Positions 28,757 through 37,789 of a stretch of DNA of 64,000 nt are shown piece after piece (within the stretch, counting starts at the first letter, position 1; every line of letters begins with the position of its first letter). Source of the stretch: an uncultured delta proteobacterium (GTDB taxonomy: Bacteria > Desulfobacterota > Binatia > DP-6); the NCBI GenBank assembly GCA_963815115.1, contig CAWFFN010000009.1, forward strand, positions 1,216,001 through 1,280,000. Reading direction: 5' to 3'. Made by a program: the position numbers and the translations under genes. The notes beneath the pieces are model-generated. The model had not been told where the DNA came from and did no database searches. It worked only from the letters and a program-made list of their open reading frames with translations.

Positions 28757-29211
28757 TCACCCAGCCAGGCCGAGGTACTGCCGGCAGCGCGCGACGAGCT
28801 GGCCGAGCCGCTGCGCGCGTTCGTATGCCGAGTCACGCGCGCCGCTGACGCGGGCGCACTCGGCCTGCGTCTCCTCGAGCTCGCGCGCCACGTCGTCGAG
28901 GTTGTCGCCGATGGCGGGCTGCCACGTCCGCGCCGTCGGGCCACGGCTGGGATCGCGCACCCATTGCCCGGGATGCAAGGTCGGGTGCGTCACGCGCAGC
29001 TCCTCGAGGCGGCGCGCCAGGCGCTGCTCCTCGTCCCGGAGGGCGCGCGCCTGCTCGGTGAGGATGCGGGCGCGCTCCCGGGCGACCTCGGCGTCCGTCT
29101 CCATCGCTTCCAGCTTCTCCGCGCCGCGGCCGACAGCGCCTGGCGGGCGCGCCGGGCGCCGCCCGGGACGGTGAGCGGGCCCGGCGTCAGCGCGCCGGCC
29201 TCGGTCCTCAT
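28757..29211 (-). CDS. Coiled-coil hypothetical protein (frameshift near 29120)
   Basis: MRTEAG...ALSAAAR continues as EKLEAMETDAEVARERA if one G is added. Confidence 0.5.
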
Positions 29212-29465
29212 GGCGTCGCCCGCCGGGCGGCCTGCGCGGCCATGACAGCGGCGTGTCGAGCCGCATAGATGCTCTCGGCGTCGAGCGTCGCCGGCTCAGG
29301 TTCCCGCGGTGCCGGCGCCGGGGCCAGCGCGGTGGCCGCGGCGCGCTGATAGCGGCCCGCGAGCCCCTGCAACGTCGCCACCGTGTTCCCGTGCTGCGCG
29401 ATCAGGGCCGCATGCTCGGCCAGGATGCCGCACGCGGCCCGGACCTCCTCCGTCGTGGTGCTCAT
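29208..29465 (-). CDS. Hypothetical protein
   Basis: AAAGGAG RBS; ATGA overlap with the next gene. Confidence 0.55.
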   Translation of the reverse strand: MSTTTEEVRAACGILAEHAALIAQHGNTVATLQGLAGRYQRAAATALAPAPAPREPEPATLDAESIYAARHAAVMAAQAARRATP

Positions 29466-29598
29466 GGGTCAGTCTCCTTTCGAGCGGCAGCGGCCTCCAC
29501 GATGCGTGGCGAACCCGAGGCCATGCGTTCGGGTGCGGGTCGGCCAGCGGGGAAGGATGGGCCCCGCCAGTCGATCGCCACGCATCGTGCAGGCCGCG

Positions 29599-29880
29599 TC
29601 AGCGGCATCGCGGCAGCTCCTGCACGGCGTGCCGCTTCAGGTAGGCGGTTCGCAGGGCCTGCTTCGAGACCACCGGCACGCTGGTGGCCGCGCCCGCCGC
29701 ACACCACGCGGTCTCCGACACGCCGGCGTGGTCGAGCACCACGAGGAGCGCCTCGGGGTCGACGGGGCCGCGCGCGAGCACGCCGCGCACGAAGGCCCGG
29801 ACCAACTCGGCGCGGTCAAGCACCACGCCGCGGCTGGCGCGACAGAGGGCGGCAAGGTCCTGGGCGCGGGCGGGACTCAT
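29599..29880 (-). CDS. Hypothetical protein
   Basis: MSPARAQDLAALC start overlaps the stop of the upstream HTH gene. Confidence 0.4.
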   Translation of the reverse strand: MSPARAQDLAALCRASRGVVLDRAELVRAFVRGVLARGPVDPEALLVVLDHAGVSETAWCAAGAATSVPVVSKQALRTAYLKRHAVQELPRCR

Positions 29881-30083
29881 GCCGCCCCCCGCGGGCGCCG
29901 GGTGCGCGCGAGCCACGCCTCGACATCGCTCAATCGGCAGCGGCTCCACCCGCCAGGATCGAAGATCGGCAACTCCCCGCGCTCCGCGGCCTGAAAGAGG
30001 AGGTGGCGGCCGATGCCGAACAGCCGGGCGGCCTGCCGCACCGTCACGAGGCGCTCGACGTCGACCGCTGGGACGTCCATCAC
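29877..30083 (-). CDS. Excisionase-like (HTH_17) DNA-binding protein
   Basis: LVTVRQAARLFGIGRHLLFQAAERGELP...LSDVEAWL; TTGACA at 30114-30109 upstream. Confidence 0.75.
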   Translation of the reverse strand: MMDVPAVDVERLVTVRQAARLFGIGRHLLFQAAERGELPIFDPGGWSRCRLSDVEAWLARTRRPRGAA

Positions 30084-30263
30084 ACAGTAGGACTAATACA
30101 GCCGCAAATGTCAAGAAGCGCAACGAATGATCAGGACGCCGCGCCCTGGCGCCGGCCAAGGTACTGGGACTCGACGACGACCACCGGAACTGGAATCCTG
30201 TGCCGTGGACGCCAGTCGCGCATCCGCCACGGCTCTGATACGCGGCGTCAACGCTCGGCAGGC

Positions 30264-30731
30264 ATGAGTGTCGAAGTCAGAGCTGTTGCTCCACGGCGTC
30301 GCCTACGACGCGCATTCGAGCGCGTCCTGGCCATCTTCCTGCCGTGGGAAGTGTGCCTCCGGCGGGAGCTGCGCTTCACCGATCTCCCGATCTACGATGA
30401 CGATCCCCGTCACGATGAGAGAGATCTCGAGGAGGAAGAGTACTTCGACAGGGAGCGGATCTGGGAGACCGGCAAATGGTGCCTGCGGGCGTACAAGTAC
30501 CATGCTCGTCTCCCCCCCTACCCCCCAGTAAACGAGGAGAATGAGTTCTGGGAACGGCCGTACTACCACCGCAGCAGACTCGTTCTCACTGAGGCGGGGA
30601 AGGCGGAGATACACCGTCAGATTCGGGAAGATCGCACCGTCTGGTTTCGTGTCGTCACCGCGCTAGTTCTTGCCGTTACGGGATTGCTCGGGACGCTCAT
30701 CGGGTTGTTGTCGTTCCTGAAGGCAAGATGA
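30264..30731 (+). CDS. Cargo protein with C-terminal transmembrane helix
   Basis: LVLTEAGKAEI wHTH-like motif, then VVTALVLAVTGLLGTLIGLLSFL. Confidence 0.65.
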   Translation: MSVEVRAVAPRRRLRRAFERVLAIFLPWEVCLRRELRFTDLPIYDDDPRHDERDLEEEEYFDRERIWETGKWCLRAYKYHARLPPYPPVNEENEFWERPYYHRSRLVLTEAGKAEIHRQIREDRTVWFRVVTALVLAVTGLLGTLIGLLSFLKAR

Positions 30732-30851
30732 ATCACCTGACAGCGAACGAGCGGGGCATGGCGGGGTAACGTAGTCGATTTCGGTTCCGGTAAGGGGCTT
30801 TGGTAGAATGGCCTTGAGGCGGACTTCGACCGGCTCACTAAGGAGAAACGC

Positions 30852-31193
30852 ATGAGCGACGCGAGCTACCCTTGGGAGAAGATGTATCAAGCCATGCGGA
30901 TGCTGCTGACGCCGAGTCAGGATGCCCGAAAGATGGCCATCCATGCACTCGGCGAGTTCAGCGCCGCGTTCGGTGCTCCCAACAAGGTTCCCGAATGGGC
31001 GGCGAGCGAAGTAAGCAAGGTGCGCCATATCGCGCCGTTCCACGAGATCAAGGATGCCGGCTCAGAGGGCACCATCGCCGCGTGGGTCAACCAGGCCAGC
31101 TTGGAAGAGCTGGACGAGCTCTATGACGCGCTGTTGTCTCTCTTCATGCGGACCGTCGAGAGGCGCGAGCGGCAGTACCCACGGGCGGACTAG
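30852..31193 (+). CDS. Hypothetical cargo protein
   Basis: AAGGAG RBS; helical 113-aa ORF. Confidence 0.65.
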   Translation: MSDASYPWEKMYQAMRMLLTPSQDARKMAIHALGEFSAAFGAPNKVPEWAASEVSKVRHIAPFHEIKDAGSEGTIAAWVNQASLEELDELYDALLSLFMRTVERRERQYPRAD

Positions 31194-31324
31194 GGACCTC
31201 GTTCGCCATCGCCGGAGCCTCCATCCGGGGTCCCGTGCTTCGCAGCCCGCTGTGCGGCGCCTCGTTGCGACGGAGGGTCAGCGGTGCCCGGCCGGTCTCG
31301 AGCGGCTGCCGGGGGGTGTCACGC

Positions 31325-31346
31325 GGTCATGGACAGTTCATGGACA
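31325..31346 (+). repeat. Integrase arm-type sites, right end
   Basis: GGTCATGGACA-GTTCATGGACA. Confidence 0.75.
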
Positions 31347-31405
31347 ATCCGCCCGGCCGCCGCCGAAAACCCTAGCATCTACGGGGCGAATTGCCCGGCG
31401 TGCCC

Positions 31406-31421
31406 GCGACATCGTGTCGCA
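31406..31421 (+). promoter_or_regulatory. attR core and putative RegA box upstream of the copper operon
   Basis: GCGAC-N5-GTCGC; GCTAAT -10-like hexamer at 31443-31448; GTG start at 31457. Confidence 0.75.
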
Positions 31422-31456
31422 TTCCGGTGGCCCGCGCGAGGCGCTAATCGCAAGCC

Positions 31457-32413
31457 GTGCACCGCTCCCGCTGGCAGTCGATCGCCCAGTGCTTCGGCGC
31501 GCTGGGGATCCTCCTGGCCGCCTCGGCCACGCCCGCGGGCGCGCACGGCATCGTCGGACAGCGGTTCTTCCCGGCCACGCTGTCGATCGACGATCCCTTC
31601 GTGGCGGACGAGCTCTCCCTCCCCACCGCCGGGTTCACCAGGCAGCGGCGCACGGCGGAGGCGCCGTCCACGCTCGAGACCGAGTTCAGCGCGGAGCTGT
31701 CCAAGCGCCTCAGCACCAACCTGGGTCTGTCGCTCGGCGCCGCCGTGATCATGGACGCGCCCCGCGGCGGACCCACCATCGCCGGCTTCGACAACATGGA
31801 GATCGGGCTCAAGTACGTCTTTCTCAAGCGCGCCGAGAACGAGCTGCTCCTCTCCGGTGGCGTCGACATCGACGTCGGGGGAACCGGCCAGGAGCGCGTG
31901 GGCGCCGAGCCCTTCTCCACCTTCACGCCGTCGCTGTTCTTCGGCAAGGGCATGGGCGATCTGCCCGACGACCTGCGCTATTTGAAGCCGTTCGCGTTGA
32001 CCGGCGCGCTCGGACTGGCCCTGCCGGTGCGCACGGATCCGCGGGTCTTCCAGTGGGGCTTCACACTCCAGTACAGCCTGCAGTATCTCCAGTCGTTCGT
32101 GCAGGACGTCGGCTTGCCAGCGCCGTTCGACCGGATGATCCCGATCGTCGAGTTTCCCATCCAGACGACCGTCGAGGGACGGAGCCGGACGGCCGGCAGC
32201 ATCAACCCGGGGGTGATCTGGTTCGGCCGGTACATCCAGCTCGGATTCGAGGCCGTGATCCCGGTCAACGGCAACACGCTCGATCCCGAGGAGCAGGGTC
32301 GCCAGAGCGGCGTCGGCTTTCTCGGCCAGATTCACTTCTACCTGGACGACATCTGGCCGGATGTGTTCACCTGGACCCCGTTCGACGGCGTGCTGGGGCC
32401 CACCCAGCCATGA
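31457..32413 (+). CDS. Putative outer-membrane beta-barrel associated with copCD
   Basis: Signal peptide; mature N-terminus HGIVGQRFFPATLSIDDPFVADEL; amphipathic strands. Confidence 0.75.
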   Translation: MHRSRWQSIAQCFGALGILLAASATPAGAHGIVGQRFFPATLSIDDPFVADELSLPTAGFTRQRRTAEAPSTLETEFSAELSKRLSTNLGLSLGAAVIMDAPRGGPTIAGFDNMEIGLKYVFLKRAENELLLSGGVDIDVGGTGQERVGAEPFSTFTPSLFFGKGMGDLPDDLRYLKPFALTGALGLALPVRTDPRVFQWGFTLQYSLQYLQSFVQDVGLPAPFDRMIPIVEFPIQTTVEGRSRTAGSINPGVIWFGRYIQLGFEAVIPVNGNTLDPEEQGRQSGVGFLGQIHFYLDDIWPDVFTWTPFDGVLGPTQP

Positions 32414-32787
32414 TGTCGCGCCGTCGGACAGCCGCTCCGGCCGTCATGCTGCTGGCGGCGCTGTTCCTGGGAGCGCCGGCACCGGCATGGTGCCATGCGT
32501 TTCCCGATCATTCGGAGCCGCGCGTCGGCCATACCCTGGACGAGCCGCCGGCGTCGGTCCGCATCTGGTTCGACGGCGACCTCGAGCCCGTCTTCAGCAC
32601 GATGCGCGTCGAGAGCGCAGCGCAGCAGCGCGTCGATCGGGGCGACGCGCAGGTCGACCCGCACGACGCCACCCTGCTCGAGGTGAGCCTGCCGCCGCTG
32701 TCGTCGGGCACCTACCAGGTCTTCTGGAGCGCGGTGGCACGCGACGGCCACCGCACGGAGGGCAGCTTCCCCTTCCACATCAAGTGA
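32410..32787 (+). CDS. copC: Copper resistance protein CopC
   Basis: Mature N-terminal HAFPDHSEP; C-terminal YQVFWSAVARDGHRTEGSFPF. Confidence 0.92.
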   Translation: MMSRRRTAAPAVMLLAALFLGAPAPAWCHAFPDHSEPRVGHTLDEPPASVRIWFDGDLEPVFSTMRVESAAQQRVDRGDAQVDPHDATLLEVSLPPLSSGTYQVFWSAVARDGHRTEGSFPFHIK

Positions 32788-32794
32788 CGCCGAT

Positions 32795-33733
32795 GTGGCA
32801 GCCTCAAGGGCCGGCCGAGGCCGTCGTCTGACCCTGCTCACGCGCTGGGCCGGTCTGGCCGCGCTGGCCGCGCTGCTCGGTGGTCTCGTGGTCGCGGTCG
32901 TGGCGCTGCCGGCCGGCGACGAGGGTCTGGCGCGTCGGCTCGCATCCTGGGGTCGCACCTGCGTCGTGGTGCTCCTCGTCACCAGCGCGAGCGAGCTCCT
33001 GCTGCGCGCGTGCACGATGGCGGGCGGCGAGCTCGTGGCCGGTCTGGGGGCGGTGCCGGCGGTGCTGGCGCGCACCCACTTCGGGACCGTGTGGATCGCG
33101 AGGCTCGTCGTGCTCGTCGGCCTGCTCGCGCTGATCGGCCGCCGCAGCCGCGCGGCGCGTACGCTGGCATGGGGCCTGGCGCTCGCGCTCGCCTTCACCA
33201 CCGCCCTCGTCGGCCACGCGGCCGACCGTGGCGATCTGTCGCCGGCGGTCCTGGTCGACTGGCTCCACGTCACGGCGGCCGCGGTCTGGACGGGCGGACT
33301 CTTCTGCCTCGCCGCGGTCGTGCTGCGTGAGGCGCGCCACTGGCCGCGCGCGCGCCTCGCCGGATCGCTGGGGCGCTTCTCGACGCTGGCAGGGGTCTGT
33401 CTCGTGGCCGTGGTCGCCAGCGGCGTGTTCAATGCCTGGGAGCAGCTCGGCGCGCTCGACGCGGTGTGGACGACCACCTACGGAGCGATCCTCGGTGTGA
33501 AGATCCTGCTGGTCGCCACGGTGGCAGGGCTCGGAGCCGCCAACCGCTTCACGGTCCTGCCACGGCTGCGCGCCGGCACGTTCCCGCCGGGTCGCGCCGA
33601 GCTTCGCCTGGCTCGCTACGTCGCGTGGGAAGCCGCGCTCGCACTCCTGGTCTTCGGCTGCACCGCGTTGCTGACGGAGTCCACGCCGCCGCACCACCAT
33701 GCCGACATGGCGCCCGCGAGCCGGCCGGGCTGA
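32795..33733 (+). CDS. copD: Copper uptake/resistance membrane protein CopD
   Basis: LVGHAAD, DWLHVTAAAVWTGGL, RFSTLA, TTYGAILGVK; 5' end uncertain (possible indel at 32828). Confidence 0.88.
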   Translation: MAASRAGRGRRLTLLTRWAGLAALAALLGGLVVAVVALPAGDEGLARRLASWGRTCVVVLLVTSASELLLRACTMAGGELVAGLGAVPAVLARTHFGTVWIARLVVLVGLLALIGRRSRAARTLAWGLALALAFTTALVGHAADRGDLSPAVLVDWLHVTAAAVWTGGLFCLAAVVLREARHWPRARLAGSLGRFSTLAGVCLVAVVASGVFNAWEQLGALDAVWTTTYGAILGVKILLVATVAGLGAANRFTVLPRLRAGTFPPGRAELRLARYVAWEAALALLVFGCTALLTESTPPHHHADMAPASRPG

Positions 33734-33745
33734 GAGGGCTGGCGC

Positions 33746-34198
33746 TCAGGCGGTCGAGAGGAGCTTCGCCTCGGAGACGAATCGCGCGCACGAGTCGGCG
33801 CACGCCTTGCACACCGCGTGGGTCTCGGCGTGCTTGCGGCACTCCTTCTCGCAGTCCTCGCAGACGGCGCGGCAGGCGGTCGCGAACTCGCCGAGCCGCG
33901 CCGCTCCCAGGGTGGCGAGCTCGGCCACCGCCGAGCACGCGGGGATCATCTCCGCCACGCTCTGGGCGCACGCGGCGAGCGACGTGTCACCGCTCTTGAA
34001 CATCCCCAGACAGTGCGCCAGACACGCCTGCCCGTCGGAGCTGCACGAGCGAGCTGCGTCGACGAGGGCCTGATGGTCCCCTTTCGGGTGCGCCGCGGGC
34101 TCGTCGGCCGCACCCGCGAGTGCGGCGCTGGTCACGCTGGCCGCCACGGCCGCACCGGCACTCAGCAAGAGATTGCGACGCCCGATCACGTATTCCAT
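33746..34198 (-). CDS. Tat-exported four-helix-bundle copper storage protein (Csp1/2-type)
   Basis: Twin-Arg GRRNLL signal; CLAHC, CRAVCEDCEKECRKH, CKACADSC. Confidence 0.88.
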   Translation of the reverse strand: MEYVIGRRNLLLSAGAAVAASVTSAALAGAADEPAAHPKGDHQALVDAARSCSSDGQACLAHCLGMFKSGDTSLAACAQSVAEMIPACSAVAELATLGAARLGEFATACRAVCEDCEKECRKHAETHAVCKACADSCARFVSEAKLLSTA

Positions 34199-34390
34199 GG
34201 CTGCACCTCCACCGCGGGGCTAGCACGGAGGGTGGCGCGGTTCCATCCAACGGGAGGCGGCGTGAAGGCTGCCGGGACGGCCCGGTAGCGGGCTGGTTTC
34301 AGCGCCGTTGCGCGGCCGGAAGCAGCCCGCGCGCAGGCGTGGAAACCGTGTACGTCGTCGCATGGAGCGCCGCTTGCTCCGGCCGTCGGC

Positions 34391-35128
34391 ATGGCGCCGG
34401 CAATCCGGTTCATGGCGGGAGGCTTCCAGGTCGTCGTCTCGAGCCACGCGGTCCTGGTGGTGCTCGCGGTTTTCGCCGGCACGCTCGTGGCCGTGGCTCG
34501 AGCGCGCGAGCCGGCGCTGGTCTTTGGCGCCGCGCCGTTCGGCGCCGCGGCAGCGCTGGCGGGCAGCCATCTGCTGTTCCGCGTGCAGCACGGTGGAGCT
34601 GGCGGGCTCTGGTCGGGCGGCCTGTCGTCGACGGGCGGCATCGGCGCCCTTGCGCTCGCGATCGCGGTGGCGGCCGGGGGCTCGCGCCGGCGGTTCGCCG
34701 ACCTCGCCGATGCCGTGGCGCCCGCCGGCATCCTGGCGCTCGGGATCGGCCGGCTCGGCTGCTTCCTCGGCGGCTGCTGCTACGGACGCCCGACGGACCT
34801 GCCGTGGGCCGTGGTCTTCCCCGAGGTCGGGCCGCCGGCGCGCCACCCGCTCCAGCTCTACTCGGCAGGCCTCGACTTCCTGCTGGCGGCCGCGCTGCTC
34901 GGCAACACCGAGCCGCCGGGCGCCATCGCGGCGCGCGCCTGCGTCGGTCTCGGCGTGGGGCGGTTCTTTCTGGAGCTGTTGCGCGATCCCGCGACGAGCG
35001 ATCAGCTCGGCACGACCGGCCTCACGCTCGCCCAGTGTGGCGCGCTCGTCCTCGTCGCATCGGGTGGGCTGGCGGCGTGGCGTGCGACCCGAGACTCCGT
35101 CTCGGGTCGGGACGGAGAGCGAGAATGA
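34391..35128 (+). CDS. Prolipoprotein diacylglyceryl transferase (Lgt) family protein
   Basis: IGRLGCFLGGCCYGRPTDLPWAVVFP, HPLQLY, RFFLELLR. Confidence 0.85.
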   Translation: MAPAIRFMAGGFQVVVSSHAVLVVLAVFAGTLVAVARAREPALVFGAAPFGAAAALAGSHLLFRVQHGGAGGLWSGGLSSTGGIGALALAIAVAAGGSRRRFADLADAVAPAGILALGIGRLGCFLGGCCYGRPTDLPWAVVFPEVGPPARHPLQLYSAGLDFLLAAALLGNTEPPGAIAARACVGLGVGRFFLELLRDPATSDQLGTTGLTLAQCGALVLVASGGLAAWRATRDSVSGRDGERE

Positions 35129-35217
35129 AACTCGATGAACGGTGCGGACGTCGTGCCGCGAGCGGCGAAGCCGCCGCGGCGGACGTTTCGGAGCATGACC
35201 CCGAGAGTCTCGGGTCG
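35085..35217 (+). repeat. REP-like two-hairpin repeat, copy 3, plus a degenerate extra hairpin
   Basis: Aligns with 12524-12637; lies between convergent genes. Confidence 0.8.
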
Positions 35218-35222
35218 CGCGC

Positions 35223-37760
35223 CTAGTCGCGGAGGTGTGGTACGCCTGGAACGCCTGCCGTGCCCTGCTCCAGCGCCCGGTTCGCGACGCTGGCAGTGTC
35301 GGCGTCGCCCGCGCGCCGGCGTTCCTCCGCGATCGCCGACAGGGCCTCGCGCACGGGACGCGCCGCGGGGGCCACTGTGAGCGCATCGAGATACGCGCGA
35401 AGCTCGCCGGGGCCGTCGCCGGCGAGGAGGGCGAGCTGCGCGCGCAGCAGGTTTGCGCGCACCGCGAACGATGCTGCCGCTGCGCCCCCGACCGGGGCCG
35501 GAGCGGGATCGAGGCGAGCCGCGATCCAGCCGAGCGCCGCCGCGCCGAGACCCCCCTGATGATAGTAGGCGCGCGGCGCGCTGAACTCGATGGTGGGACG
35601 GTCGTCGGTGATCGGCGGCACGTCGCGCGTGGCGGCGCGGAGATGCGCACCGTCGGTGACGTAGAGCAGGGGGACGGCGTCCGGGTCGTCGAGCCCCACG
35701 CTGCGCGCCATGGCGAGGAAGGCCGGGTTGCCCAGGCGGGCGCGCATGGCGGCCGCATCGGCGGTGAGCGGATCCGTCGAGCCGACCAGCATCGCGAGCG
35801 GCGTCAGCGAGCGATGATATGCCACCCAGAGCTGGACGTGCGGGAAGACCGAAGCGAAGGTCGCGACGATTCCCTCGAGATCGCCGACCGCAAGCTGGTG
35901 CAGCGGGAGCCACTGGCAGAAGAGTCCGCCGGGCGCGAGATGCGCGAGCGCGAGCCGGTAGAAGTCGCGCGAGAAGAGGCTGCCCGCACCCGCCGTCCAG
36001 GGAAGGACGAGATCGACCAGGATCACGTCCCAGCGCGCGTCGCTGGCGAGCAGGAAGCTGCGCGCGTCGTCGGCGACGAGGTGCGCGCGCGGGTTCCTGG
36101 ACACGTCGCCGTTGTCGGCGGCGAAGAACGCCGCCGCGTCCAGCGCCTCGGCAACCAGCTCGACGCCGTCCGCCTCGAGCCCCGGCGAGGCGACGGCGGC
36201 GCCGAGGGTGTCGCCGGTCCCGACGCCGAGGTGCAGCAGGCGTCGCGGATCCGGGTGGAGGAGGACCGGCAGGAGACCTTCGCGGCGCTCGAGGAAGACG
36301 CCATCGCCGCCGCCGAGGGAGTACTGGCCGTTGATGCGGAGGCGGCGACGATCGTGCGCGTCGGTGGTGACGAGCACGGTCGCGGTCGGCCCATCGCGCG
36401 AGTGGAGGACGCGGTCGGTGGGTCCCGAGCGCCACGGAAACGGGAGCGGGGGCGCGAGCGCGGCGGCGCCGGCGAGTCCGGCAGCCACGCTCGCCGCCAG
36501 GGCGCGCGCTGCGCGGCGTGACGCCAGCGCCGCGGCGAGCGCGAGCAGCACTGCCGCGAGCAGCAGAAGGCCGCCGCCGAGGCCGAGCCCGGGAAGCAGG
36601 ACGAACGCTCCGGCGAGCGCGCCCAGGATGCCGCCGGCGGTGCTCGCGGCGAGCGGGCCCGCCATCGCGGCGCCGGGGCGAAGCGAATCGCCGAGGCCGA
36701 GGGTGATCGGCAGGAGGGTGCCGATCGCCGCAGACGGTACGAAGACGACGTGGAGCGCGAGCACGGCCTCCACCGCCAGCCCCGCGGCGCCGCCCCCGCC
36801 GAGGCTTCCGACCAGCGCGAGGCTGATGCCCGGGAGCGCGCGCAGAGCAGGGACCGACGTCAGCACGGCCAGCGCCGCCACCGTGGCGGCAACGGCGAGG
36901 CGCGGCTCGAGACGGCCGGGACGCGCCAGCACCCGCAGTGCGATGGCCGTGCCCGCGACGATCCCGAGCAGCGCCGCTGCCAGCACGAGCGCCGTGCTGT
37001 AGACGCTGCCGCTGAGCACCCCCGACAGCCCGCGCGCCCACAGGACCTCGCCAGCGAGCGCGACGGCGCCGGCAGTCCCGGCGACGGCGGCGGCGAGCCC
37101 GGGGCGCGCAGCGCCGCCGCGGGCCCGCGCCGGCGTCTCGGCCCACACGGTGGCCGGCGCCCGGTGCGCGAGCATCCAGGCCGCGGCGGCGACGGCAAGG
37201 TCGACGGCACCGGCGGCGAGAAAGGAGCCGCGGGCGCCGAGCGCGGGCAGCAGGGAGAAGCTCGTGGCCAGCGCGCCGACGGCCCCGCCGAGGGTATTCC
37301 AGCCATAGAGCCGTCCGGCGGCGCGTACGCTCGCCGCGGCCGCCGCGGCGACCGGAAGGGTGGCGCCCAGGAGCGTCGTCGGCACGAGCAGCACCGCGCC
37401 CGCAAGGAGGACGTGCGTGGCGGGGCGCAGCGCGCCGGGTGCGACTCGCGCGAGCCACGCCGCAAGACCCGGCAGCGCCGGCCGCAGGATCACGTAGCCC
37501 GCGATCGAGACGGCGAGGCCGGCCAGGAGCCGCGCGAAGGTGCGCAGCGGCAGCCGGCCGATCCGGAGCTGGCCGCCCACGCGGGCCCCCAGCGCGAGCC
37601 CCGCGAAGTAGGTCGCCAGCACCACGCCGGTGGCTTCGGCGGTGCTGCCGAAGCAGAGTGTGAAATCCCTGATCCAGAGCACCTCGAGCGCGAGCGCGGC
37701 GGCGCCCGAGACGAAGAGAAGGACGGGAAGCACGGCGGCCGTCAAAGCCCGAAGGCGCAT
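35223..37760 (-). CDS. Membrane-domain-fused spermidine synthase-like protein
   Basis: SGAAALALEVLW, LYGWNTLGG, LHLGVGTG, DDARSFL, TDDRPTIEF. Confidence 0.88.
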   Translation of the reverse strand: MRLRALTAAVLPVLLFVSGAAALALEVLWIRDFTLCFGSTAEATGVVLATYFAGLALGARVGGQLRIGRLPLRTFARLLAGLAVSIAGYVILRPALPGLAAWLARVAPGALRPATHVLLAGAVLLVPTTLLGATLPVAAAAAASVRAAGRLYGWNTLGGAVGALATSFSLLPALGARGSFLAAGAVDLAVAAAAWMLAHRAPATVWAETPARARGGAARPGLAAAVAGTAGAVALAGEVLWARGLSGVLSGSVYSTALVLAAALLGIVAGTAIALRVLARPGRLEPRLAVAATVAALAVLTSVPALRALPGISLALVGSLGGGGAAGLAVEAVLALHVVFVPSAAIGTLLPITLGLGDSLRPGAAMAGPLAASTAGGILGALAGAFVLLPGLGLGGGLLLLAAVLLALAAALASRRAARALAASVAAGLAGAAALAPPLPFPWRSGPTDRVLHSRDGPTATVLVTTDAHDRRRLRINGQYSLGGGDGVFLERREGLLPVLLHPDPRRLLHLGVGTGDTLGAAVASPGLEADGVELVAEALDAAAFFAADNGDVSRNPRAHLVADDARSFLLASDARWDVILVDLVLPWTAGAGSLFSRDFYRLALAHLAPGGLFCQWLPLHQLAVGDLEGIVATFASVFPHVQLWVAYHRSLTPLAMLVGSTDPLTADAAAMRARLGNPAFLAMARSVGLDDPDAVPLLYVTDGAHLRAATRDVPPITDDRPTIEFSAPRAYYHQGGLGAAALGWIAARLDPAPAPVGGAAAASFAVRANLLRAQLALLAGDGPGELRAYLDALTVAPAARPVREALSAIAEERRRAGDADTASVANRALEQGTAGVPGVPHLRD

Positions 37761-37789
37761 GGAGCGCAAACCAGCGGCGCAACCGCACC

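Larger units (their letters stand above)
17842..31421. mobile_element. Integrated PICI-like phage satellite (~13.6 kb)
   Basis: 16-bp direct repeats at both ends; arm-type repeats just inside each end; integrase, Xis/AlpA HTHs, prim-pol/helicase, SSB-like, TerS-like gene, cos-like site; no capsid or tail genes seen. Confidence 0.85.
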
